A stretch of DNA of 64,000 nucleotides from Anthoceros angustus (taxonomy: Eukaryota; Plantae; Anthocerotophyta). Below are positions 36,350-47,341 of this stretch, piece after piece (within the stretch, counting starts at the first letter, position 1; every line of letters begins with the position of its first letter). The position numbers were made by a program, and so were the translations under genes. The notes beneath the pieces are model-generated. The model worked only from the letters and a program-made list of their open reading frames with translations, was not told the DNA's origin and ran no database searches. Where the stretch lies: the NCBI GenBank assembly GCA_010909165.1, contig MU008178.1:508369-572368 (forward strand), written 5' to 3'.

Positions 36350-38118
36350 ATGAGCAATGGCTCCTACGGTTGCAACGAAATCCCGCCACAGACATTCTCC
36401 AAGACGTGCTGTGGTTGGTTGCCCTCATTGCGAAGTTCTGTGCATGCTACACGACGTTCAGCTGAGCAGGTTAACCGCAAGCTATATACTTTCCCGCAGG
36501 AGCCGGTTGAAAGGCCTCATCAGAAGCGCAAAGAGCTTGTACCAGCAGAGCAGGAAACTCTTGTGAAGTACTGCACGAAGTATGCTAAACATCAAGCAAG
36601 CGGAGGATTCTTCGAGGTCTCCATGATGATCATTTCGGAAATTGCAGTTGATGTTAACTTCTCTCAATAGTTTGATGCTGTTGATCCTAGAGTCTTCTCT
36701 GAAACAGAAGTTACCGCCAAGCGCTCTAGCAGATATTCAAAACAAGCGACAGGTAAGGGCTTATCTGTTGCAGCCAGCTCATTCCAAATGAACTAATGTT
36801 ATGGCATCGAGAAAGAATGGGCTGGCCCCAAACCTTGCTTGGTCAACAGGCAACGATGTAACCTTCAAAAATATGTAGGCCAGTGAAAGAGTTTCAAGTG
36901 TATGGAAAGCTGCTCTTGAAAAGGAAAGAGTAGTCGTAAGAATCAGAGAAGACCAGAAGAGACGGAGGTTAATGACCACCCTTAAGACCAGACTCGCGTT
37001 CCTGAATATTCCACAAGCTGGAACAAATTCAAATAGTCCCCATGCTTGCAGAATGCTGCGTCAGGAAAGCGAAAGGAAGATTAAGGAAACCGCAGAGAGG
37101 CAGCGCATTCGGGAAATGCAGCAGGAAGCTATAGAGAAGCACCTGCAAAAGGTGGCCAGCTTGGTACGATTTGGATCCTCCTCTGAGACTGATGGGACGT
37201 GAAGGTCGGTACTACTCCGACCCTCCTCATAGAAGATTGGTGCATTCCATGGATACAGAGGGAAAAGAAGGACTGTCTGGAGGGAAAAGGTCGCACACGA
37301 GGAAAAGCAAGGCGAGTTCTCAGTTTGTTGCCAGTACGACTCCCAGAGTAGGACGATCATGAATCCAAAAAGACGCGACTGGTGCCCCATGCAGGTGTAG
37401 GGAGGCTGTAGCAGTGTCTCCAGGACAGACACATGAGACGCAGAAAAGCAAGAAAACGGGACACACAGCTTGCCAGTACAGACACTGTACCTTCAGCTGC
37501 AGTACTTTTCTTTACAACCGAGACACCATATGTATCACCATTCAAGATTTCGAGAGTAATCATTGACAATGGTCCGCCGCAGGAAGATGCTTGTGAACAT
37601 AAGCCGAAAACTCCACCACCAGCCTCCTGGTTTCATGCAGAATCCCATGGAAGTCATAAAAGAACAGCTACAATACACTGCTGCGATGGTAAGCTGCAGC
37701 GTTCCAGCATCATCAGGGAGACCTGACTGTGCCCTTCCCTAACCAACTGCATGTCATACGTGCAGATGGAGAGGAGACGACATCTGGCCGAGATTAATCG
37801 GAGCCTCGAGACAACCAGGTTGGTATGCTACGTGCAAGATGAGTTGTGCACTTCTGACGAGCACCAAAAACCTGCTTTGCTACATGTTGGCACAGGTACA
37901 GAGCTGCCCTGCGGTCGATCCGGTTGGAAAAGATGCAACAGAAGATACTACTACCTCCCTTGTGCAACTGTGGGCATGATGTCAGCCCCTTCAACCCAGC
38001 ATACATCCGTAGTTGCAATAAAACCTGCCACCTCCATCAGAACCTGCCTGAATACAAGCGTCTCCTCACAGCTGCACTAGAGTCCCTGGTAGAAGAAATG
38101 AACAGCAAGCAGCCATGA
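36350..38118 (+). CDS. CCDC15-like centriolar coiled-coil protein
   Basis: Phase-compatible exons 36879-36967, 37052-37151, 37766-37818, 37896-38118 give LEKERV..EDQKRRRRML.. and RYRAALRSIRLEKMQQKILLPPLCNCG..CNKTCHLHQN..YKRLL. This matches the recalled CCDC15 C-terminus (RYVEALR..LPPLCCCG..CANNC..YTRAL). 5' exons uncertain. Confidence 0.7.
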
Positions 38119-38398
38119 CATGTCTCCGTATCGGGTACTTCACATCAGAGATGCTTGATTGATGCAACAAAAGTGGCCCCTCTCTTGGCACAGGGCCTTA
38201 CATGCGTTGTTAGAGTTGAGAGTCAGAACAGTGAGTACACACAATTGAGTTCTCTAGTGCTTCCTTGCAGCCTTCCTGTAATTGCGCTCCCAGTTTCCTT
38301 GTGTCAAGACCTGTATGCAAGCGGGGTGAGCTGTGTTTGTTGCCTTGCTCTCTAGGGATGCTGCAGCTTAGAGCAGGAATGAAGGCGGGCAGCAACCT

Positions 38399-38824
38399 TC
38401 ATGGGGAAGACACAGGAAGCGGGCGAGGCTCCTGCACAGAGGCTGTGGCAGGCGGCGGCGGCGGCGGGTACGAGGTGCCCCCGCCCCCGCGCACACGAGC
38501 TTCCGGCGTGCCAGTCAAGGTCTCCCCGCGCAGAGCAGCCACATAGCGGTCCTCCGTGTTCTCCTTGCGCTCAATCTCCTGCAAGAGCTGGCCCAGCCGC
38601 TGGTTGTTGAGGCGGCCCACAGCCAGAGAATCTTCCCTGCCGCGCTTCAGCAGCTCCTGCTCCAGCTCCAGCTTGTTGCGCTGGGTGGCGCGCATGGTGG
38701 CGTCCCCCACCACCCATGGCACCACCACGCATGCCGTGCCGAATGCCAGGAAGAAGCCGGTGGAGGACTTGCTGTTGGCCACCACCCATCGCCACCATCT
38801 GCTCTTCTCGTACAGGAAGGACAT
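38399..38824 (-). CDS. Conserved small plant membrane protein (At1g05205-like), function unknown
   Basis: Single-exon 141 aa with a hydrophobic segment FFLAFGTACVVVPWVVG, LNNQRLGQLLQEI and EDRYVAALRGETLT. Confidence 0.75.
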   Translation of the reverse strand: MSFLYEKSRWWRWVVANSKSSTGFFLAFGTACVVVPWVVGDATMRATQRNKLELEQELLKRGREDSLAVGRLNNQRLGQLLQEIERKENTEDRYVAALRGETLTGTPEARVRGGGGTSYPPPPPPATASVQEPRPLPVSSP

Positions 38825-38976
38825 GCTCGCCGGTAGTGTCGGTGCTCCGCTCTCAGGAAAGCCCGGGACTGTTAGGGTTCAGGACGCTGGTCCGTTTATG
38901 CCCACCATGTCCGAGACAGTCCCTCAGCATCTGCAACACCAGCAGCCTCAGCCTGCGCGGAGCAGGAGCAGTTGCC

Positions 38977-40128
38977 ATGGCCAGGAAGGTGACGCACGTG
39001 ATCCTGGACCTGGACGGCACGCTCCTGGACACGGAGAGGCTGGTGGAGGAGGTGTACGAGGCGATCGTGAAGCAGGAATTCGGCAAGGACTGGGATAGCA
39101 GCAGGGGATCGGAGGACCGGCTGGGCAAGCGGCCGCTGGAATCCGTGGAGAGCCTGATTGCGGTCTACGGGCTGCCGTGCACCCCGGAGCAGATGCTGAG
39201 GAGGAGGACGGAGCTGCTGGAGCCGAAGCTGAGGCAGGCTGCAGCTCTCCCGGGCGCAGAGAGGCTCCTCCGGCACCTGGCAGGGCACGGCGTGCCGGTG
39301 GCCCTGGCATCCAGCTCGGCTCTGAGCAGCATTCGGCTCAAGCTGGGCTCGCAGCCGGGGTGGCAGGATCTCCTGCCCGTGGTGGTTGCAGGGGAGGAGG
39401 TGGAGAGGGGGAAGCCCGCCCCTGACATCTTCCTGGAAGCAGCCAGGCGGCTGGGAGCGGCTCCTGCTTCCTGCCTGGTGATCGAGGATGCACCGGCAGG
39501 GGTGGCGGGGGCCAAGGCTGCGGGGATGGAGGTGGTTGCCGTGCCTTCCCTTCCGACCAAGGCAGCCAGGCCGCTGTACGCGGGAGCCGACCATGTGCTG
39601 AGCTCGCTCCTGGATCTGGAGCTGGAGAATTGGGGGCTGCCTCCGTTCCGCGACTGGATCGGGAGAGCCCTGCCCATCCAGCCTTGGCGCGTGGGTGGGC
39701 CCGTGATCAAGGGGTATGGCAGGGGATCGAAGGTGCTCGGGATTCCTACTGCCAACCTCCCCACTGCAGCGTTTTCAGGGAAATTGTCCGAGCAGGTGTG
39801 CGGGGTGTACCTCGGCTGGGCTGGGCTGGCCGACAGGGGGGTGTTCAAGATGGTCATGAGCGTTGGCTGGAATCCTTACTTCGACAACGTAGACAAGACC
39901 GTGGAGCCTTGGTTGTTGCATGAATTTCCCGAGGATTTCTACGGGGAAGAGCTCCGCCTTGTTGTCGTCGGCTACATTCGGCCGGAGGCCAATTTCCCAT
40001 CGTTGGAAGCCCTGATCCAACGGATTCGTGAGGATGGTAGCATTGCTGAAGCGGCCCTCGACCTTGCCCCCTTTTCCGACTTCAGGCACGATCTCTATTT
40101 GACAACACCTCTGGCTCCATTGGAATGA
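38977..40128 (+). CDS. FHY: Bifunctional HAD-type FMN hydrolase / riboflavin kinase (intronless)
   Basis: HAD motifs ILDLDGTLLDTE, GKPAPDIF, VIEDA; kinase motifs GYGRGSKVLGIPTAN, SVGWNPYFDN, VEPWLLHEFPEDFYGE, GYIRPEANF. Confidence 0.95.
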   Translation: MARKVTHVILDLDGTLLDTERLVEEVYEAIVKQEFGKDWDSSRGSEDRLGKRPLESVESLIAVYGLPCTPEQMLRRRTELLEPKLRQAAALPGAERLLRHLAGHGVPVALASSSALSSIRLKLGSQPGWQDLLPVVVAGEEVERGKPAPDIFLEAARRLGAAPASCLVIEDAPAGVAGAKAAGMEVVAVPSLPTKAARPLYAGADHVLSSLLDLELENWGLPPFRDWIGRALPIQPWRVGGPVIKGYGRGSKVLGIPTANLPTAAFSGKLSEQVCGVYLGWAGLADRGVFKMVMSVGWNPYFDNVDKTVEPWLLHEFPEDFYGEELRLVVVGYIRPEANFPSLEALIQRIREDGSIAEAALDLAPFSDFRHDLYLTTPLAPLE

Positions 40129-40366
40129 CAATCTGTCCATTCATCCACTGACTGTACCATGAGCTCCCCGATCAGCCACCGGGCACCTGCTGCCTCCTCT
40201 AATCAACAAACCTGCACCCAGCTCTATCAAACAATGGAAGCCTGATGACTGTCGCCGAATCAGCACCTTCTGAAATTCTTTGTACCTGCCAAGATTATTG
40301 TTTTGGCTACCATTTTTCAATGCCACGCTTTCATTTTACTGTACAGATCCTCCAGTAATTTGTAGC

Positions 40367-42422
40367 TCAAGGAATTGTAATCTCTGCACACGGAAGTGTA
40401 TGATGAATGGCTTTGTTGCCGGCTGTCTCCCTAAAAATGAATTAATCTAAGACTTTACCATTACCTATAAGTTATCCAGGAATAAAATAGAGTTCCCAAC
40501 GCTAAGCTCGTTGAGGCGCTTCTTGCATAATATACTTGTGTATTGATATCTCCTAAAGCTTTTAGATAAATATGTCCACCAAACTTAGTAATCCAAGCTT
40601 CAATAATAAATGTCGCACACAAAACTACAAGATTAAACAGAATATTCTAAAATATTATTATAATAAAATATTTAATTTAAGATTGTATATTTTAAAATAA
40701 TATCCCTATAATTGAGAAATTTACCACAATTTAACAAGGCTCTGCAATACATAGTTTGTTTTAATGAAGTCAAAAGCCAACACAAAATTCCAGCTACAAA
40801 ATAGAAGGCAAGAGCTCGCACAATTCTGGTGTCTGCTATCAATATATTGTGCAGTGAGAAAAGATGATCTAGAGACTGAAATACAGCTCCTTGTTTGTGG
40901 ATAAATTGCATCTGTAAACATATGTTGAAAATATTAGAAAACTCAAATTCTATAAGTTGATGATATTGCCCAACTTTAACTTTTATATTACTCTTCGTAG
41001 CCTAGGAACAACAAGAAATTATTTGAAGCATTTTAGAACCTGAGCATCCAACATAGCTTGTGAGCCTTCTGCCAACCTTTGATGCATTTTATCAAGCTCA
41101 CTTTGCCAAGCTAGAAATTCTTCACGATGTTTTTTTGCCTCTTCTGCTAGAGCTTCTAGAGAATTCTTGCTCTCTTCCATCGCATTCAATTGAATATTTT
41201 GAACATTGCTTAATTCTGCTATAGTTATTCCTTGACCACTTAGAAGCGATGCTTGATGTTGTAAATTTTCTACCACAACACTTGAAATACTGGAGGTTTT
41301 ATCTTGTAAAGACGTCAACTCAGAATTCAAAGTTGCTCCAAGCATTGCTTGTTGTTTTGCTAATCGCAATTGAAGTTCAGAAACGTCCTATACAATAAAT
41401 ATAAGAAGTCGCATCAATCCAGTCATATATGAAGTGATATTAAATTACAAAATTATTCAAATTATTATAGATTGAATTTAACCAAAATCTAAGGAGAGCG
41501 ATGATAAATATATGATACTATCAATAAAATAACTTAAAAAATACCTCAATTTGATGGTGAGCTTCTTTTGTCATTGAATTTAAGTTCTTAAGACCACTCT
41601 CAAATATGTGCTGCAAATTCTTATTGTCTTTTTGCATTTGTTGCTGATTATTTAACATTTTATCAGTTTGTTCTAAAATATCAATGGCTCTTTCACTCAT
41701 TTTTGAGAGCCTATCCTCCATCCAATGTGATGTATGCTTTAGATCGTTTATAACGCGATCTGTTTCATATCTAAAGGACTCTGCCCTGGAGTATGTAGAT
41801 TATTTAATGCATTACACATATGTATGGATAAATTTTATGTTGTTCGTGATAAAATCTATCAATTAAAATTTAAATATCTATTTAGAAGATTTTCTTACTG
41901 AAGATGGTTGCACATTGAGGAAGCTTCTACAAAGAATGATGAATAAATGGAGTGAATGTGGTCCTCAAGATCACTAGTACATCGAACAATATCCATATCT
42001 TCAGGGCAAGGCTTTGCTTCACGCCCAGATACTATCAAAAAGCAATTGGTCAGGTCCATTGCGAAGCGAGATCTTTGAATATCATTAAGTAATACTTCTG
42101 CGCATTTATCTCCTAGATTTTCATAAGCTACATTCCAACATGTATGTTCTTTGGATTTATCTCGAATCTTAGCTGCAAAACTTTTTGCTTTATCTTTATC
42201 ATAAAGTACAATAGCAGTGCTTGAATCAAATAGTGGTATAGTTGGTAATTTGGTTGGGGGTTTATTTGGAGGCTTTTGTTTTCCCCAACCCCAAAAGCTT
42301 ATCATCACACTTACTGCCACTACTTGTGAGGGTATTTGATGAGTCAAAAACATAATAAAAATGATAAATAAACATTGAAATTTGATTGTCTTCATAGGTA
42401 AAAAATTTAGTATCTTATACAT
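40367..42422 (-). CDS. GEX1: GAMETE EXPRESSED 1-like nuclear-fusion membrane protein (AT-rich, multi-exon)
   Basis: Signal peptide, then the Cys-rich GEX1/Brambleberry domain (CWNVAYENL..CAEV..RSRFAMDLTNCF..SGR..CP..CTSDL..FFVEASSMCNHLQ). Coiled-coil exons (41521-41721, 41019-41390) and C-terminal TM segments (RALAFYFVAGILCWLLTS; LFYSWITYR). 3' end approximate. Confidence 0.85.
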
Positions 42423-42730
42423 AAGCTTTTATGCTCCCTCCTTCATCTTAACCTTGCATTGAGAATTATGAGGAACAAGAAATAAGTTGAAGCACTTGAG
42501 TATAGAGCGAACTCTTTTCCAAATCTTGTAGTGCCATTCTTTCATCTTGATATGCTTCAATATCGAAGCTCAAGATTTAACATCCGGTGGAAATATTATC
42601 CAGTGATTTGACCTTACATCTCCAGAGTACAGTCCTTTCAAATGCTAATTTTAATACTGTGATATATTATTAAACTAAAAAATAATTTCTAATACACCTA
42701 TGAGTCTATGTACGGTAATCAGTACTTGAT

Positions 42731-44748
42731 TTAACCTCCTTTCATTCTCACAAACGTGAACCGATGAACAAGGTCTAAGCAACCATAGAGACGAAAGGCA
42801 GAAAATGCTCTCGTCAGCCCAAACGTCTTGAGCCTGATAGGCGTGCTCCCTTCTTTAGTTGCCCCAGCAGGGTATTCGTCTCGTGAGGGTATGCAGTTTC
42901 TACAAAAGGTCCTGCATGAATGCACAATGTATGTGAGTCTTTCCTTGATACTAGAAGTCCCCAGCTACGGCACCAACACCAGAATACCACCAGTTGCTAA
43001 GATTCTCCCGATGAGAACAGTGGCCCGTTTTCTTTGTCTACGACAGGTTGCCGACGCTATATTTGGTGCAGCCATGAGAACCCAGGGTGTCAGAGAACAA
43101 GCTAAACGAAGCTGAATTTTGAAGTTGATAATAGCAAGAACTGAGTAAATTCTCACCAGGAGTAGGATATCGCACAAACAGGTAGCCAGCTGCCAAACAT
43201 GTCAAACAACCTGCAAAAAAGTCACATACGGCCATCTTTTGTGTTTCTTTACCACTGTGGGACGGTCTCAGCCAGACAGAGAACTGTGGAGACACATCCC
43301 TAGTTCTACAGATCCTGAGAAAAGATGCAAGAGAGATCCCCAGCATGAGTCACATCAAATGGCCGACATGTAAGTTTCTCACCAAGCAGCAAGGCGTATC
43401 CTCGGCAGTGATCCATATAGCTGCATGGATAGCCACATAGTGAAGGTGCAGATTTTCTGTACGCTCTTCATACAACTCCCTTGCTGGACCCTTACCTGCT
43501 GCACAGCAAAAACTCCTTACGGACGAAGAGAAGGTCACTCAGATTTTGCATTGTCACAAAGCCTTACCAGTAACAATATATCGAGTGAGTATAGCTTCTT
43601 CCGGACATAGTGCTCTCCTTTGCTGACGAGCTGAGCAACATGATGGTCAGACCTAAGAGCAGCTCCCAACCGGATGCTGCAATCCAGGTGGGTGTCCTGT
43701 AGAACAGGCCAAAGTCCAGACTGCCATGCAAGTTGAACAGAGGATTCCCGTAACGCACAATCCAGCGGAGCAGAGTCCAAGTTTTCGAATGCCCAATCCT
43801 GCTGAGCTCCTGCTGCACTACTCTGGTCACACAGAAGTGCGCATCACCTTTCCTTCCGAAAGTACTTCTCATACCTGCAGACCACTGCAGTCAGTGAGAA
43901 GCAGAACCTGCAGTCATTGGTTCGGTACCAGGAGTATGCATTTTGGAATCGCTAGCCGTGGATTTTCACCACAGCATGTCTCGGTCCAAGATTCAAACCA
44001 AGAAGTATGTACTCGAAATTGTGCCACTCAATAATCAAGGCTGATTCTTGGATCCGGCAAGCCCATCTCACCACCATGAGCATAGGAATAAAAGCTTATG
44101 GTGTCTGCCCAAACACTCATGCAGTCATGTAAAAGGAGCGAGGTTCAGATAGTCAGGTAGATATGCAGAGTTCAGGAAACCCCTCACCACATACGATCAC
44201 CCATGGACCTTACCTGAACCAGAGGAAGTCAGGGGACGGCATTCGTCGGGAGAGAAGGTTTGTGAATGGCATGGAGACCGAGTGCCGACCAATCCGTTGG
44301 CAATGGCGCACTCTGCAGCAAGATTCGTCAACTTCCTTGCTTGAAGACATTCTCCACAGCCCTTGCGATCAAATTCCTTATCATATGATGGGAGTGAATC
44401 CTTGGGTGATTCAGTACTGCAAATGAGGATCTCTTCCTGATTCCAGAACCTCCAAGTATCAGAATGTAGCCAAGAAAACAAATGCACCCAACGGCTTAAG
44501 GTAGTCAAAGAATTTTCACCAGGAATCCCACCACATCAACCTTCAGGCCAGCACGATATTGAACAAAAGCTGGTCAGAACAACGTTTTCAACTCTTGGAG
44601 TTCAAAACTCGGAATGTATGTAGATATCATCAGCCGGTGAAAGGGCGGGATGCTGCATGCGGGGACTGCGGCAGAAATCGCCTAGCACGACCACAGATGC
44701 CCTCTTCCGTATGTCTTCCCCCGCTGCCAGCCCGAAGAGCCCTCTCAT
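42731..44748 (-). pseudogene. ALG1: ALG1 (chitobiosyldiphosphodolichol beta-1,4-mannosyltransferase) non-processed pseudogene
   Basis: KRASVVVLGDFCRSPRMQ, GLKVDVVGF, LIIEWHNFEYILLGL, AHFCVT, GKGPARELYEERTENL..AEDTP, GSVELGMCLHSSLSG*D, DMFGSWLPVCAISYS are in ALG1 order. In-frame stops and frameshifts are present and introns are retained. Confidence 0.85.
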
Positions 44749-44893
44749 CCTCACACCGAGAATGAGGTTTTCCCTCTTCCGTGTGCAACCTCAGAAGCTG
44801 ACTCTGGACAATATTATTGAATCAGACTAGACAAGGCTGGTAGGACAAAGTCCGATTTTATCGCTGGAGAGGGTGCTCTCAGCCGTTGTGACA

Positions 44894-46989
44894 ATGCAGG
44901 TGGTTCATGCCGTATCGCTGGAGAGGTTATGTCAGTCTCGGATGCTTGGTGGTGATGGGGGCCTGAACTTACCAGCTACACTGAGCAGAGTGTACCCAGG
45001 CTGCCAAGACTACAGCGATGTGGGACTTTCAACTGCCTCTACCTCACAGAGCAGAGCATTTCCCATCTGCCGACAATATCGAAGGGGTCACATCTTCTCC
45101 ACTTCTTGGCTACAAGTACGGTCTTCGTCCAGTAGAGCTAATGTGGTGGCCAATTCTCGGCGGAAGGAGAATGGGTCGGACAAGGAGAATGCTTTCGCAG
45201 GAGACAGTCCCCTGGCAAAGGAGGAGGTTATGCTAATATTTTACCAGCTTGAGATTGAGAGACGCCTCCAGGTATGAGCTGGGGATGCTAGCAATGCAGC
45301 TCTTTAGTCCCTCTCAACACATGCCTGGTGCGTAAAACGCCCCGTGTAACTTCGGGGGTTTTCTTTGCTCTTGCAGCGGGCATTAAATCAAGACCAATAT
45401 GAGACAGCACAGAACCTGCGGGAGAAAATTGTAGAGGTCTGTCACATTTCCACCGTGTTGTCTGTACAGAAGCTGGTGTACGAGAAATGTACACTGGCCT
45501 TTCTCGGCGACCAGAACTTGTTCTAGCGCATGACATTGGTTTGTCGACCAGTTTGAGCAGATTGTGGCTCGGCAAAAGCAGGAGAAAATGGGGTCTCTGT
45601 CCCCGAAGGAGGAGGAGCAAGATACCTCCATCAGGCTTTTGCAGCTCAGGTAGTAACTCAGGCTACCTAGGTGTCCAGGGCCATGCGAAACTATGAAGGA
45701 GACGCAAGCTGGTGCTTAGAGAAACTCATAGGGATGTCTTGCATCTGTTGGCGGGGCTGATTATCTTTCACCTTATCTGGGATTTGCTGACTGATGATGT
45801 GGGTGTCTCGCATAGGGCATCTGATGCATGCATGTCAATGTGCACAGCAGGTGTTTTCACAGTTTCATGTTGTCTTCATAGAACGGAGCTACAAAAGACT
45901 ATTGAGCAGGAAGATTATCCTGGTGCTGCACGTCTACGTGACAAAATTGCCGAGCTTGAGGTGTGGCTGTTTGTTTCATAGTTTTGTCCAGTTGAGAAAT
46001 TCAGGCTAATCCAGCGTGTTATCAATAAGCTTCCCAAGAGAGGTGCTTTCTTTGTGGTTTTTCTCTCAACTGGAGTCTGTAGCACCTTGATGCTGCCTGG
46101 GCACCATCATCCTTCACTGCCAGTTTTTTGATGAATTTGTTGCAGGCAGAAGCACTTGTTGCGTCTGCAAAGGCAAGAATATACGAGAACATCAAGTATG
46201 CCTTTCGACTGGGTCAGAAGATACGACACACGAAGTTTGGTAAGCTGCAGCCACTCCATGACAAGGGTATAGCCAAGCAGGTGGGCTGAACATGATCGGA
46301 CTTTGAAGTTAAGTGAATCTGTTTTCAACGTGGGTCGTTGAAACGTGTTCAGGCTTCAGGGGTGTCATTTGTGGGATGGATCCTGTATGTTTTGAGTCTG
46401 CGGAGTGGATCGAAGAAAACGGTATTGAACGGCTCCCTGGTGGGGTGAATCAGCCGTTTTATCAGGTAACCTTGTGTACAGAAATGGAGTAGGTCAGGGC
46501 GGACGGTGGCAGTCAACCATCTCAAAACTCCCCTTCGCTGCTTCTAAGTACCAATATCCGCTCACTGTGCAGGTGCTAGTAGATGTTCAAGCCAATCCAT
46601 CTGTTCTGGTTGCGTACGGTGAGTGCTATACTCGTCAAAACACCTCACTCAGTTTGCTGGTCTGGGTTTGTTTTACGGAGCGTTGGTATGTGTGTGGTGC
46701 AGTGGCTGAGGAGAGTCTCATACAACCATCTGAACCTGACCTGGTAGGGAGATCACACTGTGTGTATGTGACCATTGAGCAAAACTTCCTTCTCATGGCC
46801 ATCTGAACTCCATATTTGCAGGAACGTTTCGACCACCCATACACCTACTACCTGTTTTATGGTGTCGATGCTGCTGGGGACTTCATTCCCGTAAGACAAT
46901 TGCGGGAGAAATATAATGCTCCCAGGCATGAAATCCCCTGGGAAGGCGACGAGAGCAGTCCTGGCGGAGATGGCATTGATTCTATGTAG
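44894..46989 (+). CDS. CLPF: Plastid Clp protease adaptor ClpF (UVR + YccV-like domains)
   Basis: Transit-like N-terminus; IFYQLEIERRLQ/RALNQDQYETAQNLREKI; EDYPGAARLRDKIAELE; YAFRLGQKIRHTKFG/FRGVICGMDPVC; QPFYQVLVDV; FDHPYTYYLFYG. Stop at 46989. Confidence 0.9.
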
Positions 46990-47341
46990 CTCTGAGCATT
47001 TGGGTAGTCACTGTGCATTTGGGTAGCATTTTTGTAGACCTCATTCTGCGCAGACACTGCCTTTTATGACAATGACAATTTCGTAATTAAGACCTCCTCC
47101 GTGATAGTGGAAATGTTCTGATGTACAAGACCGTTTTCCCGTGTTTCCATCTTCCCAAGTTGACTGACTTGACCATGTTTCTCCTGCGACGCGCCCTATC
47201 GACATGAAGGATACAGTTGCAAATTAGCTAAGAGGGCCACAGCACACTCGCTTGGTGTTGAAGGCGACCGACCCATTTTCGGAGACGCTGCCGGTGTCGA
47301 TCGAGTAGGAATGGCACCTTCGTGGACCCAATGAAAACACC

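Noticed and set aside
38556-39857. Long alternative-frame and antisense ORFs over FHY
   Set aside because: Shadow ORFs of a very GC-rich coding sequence.
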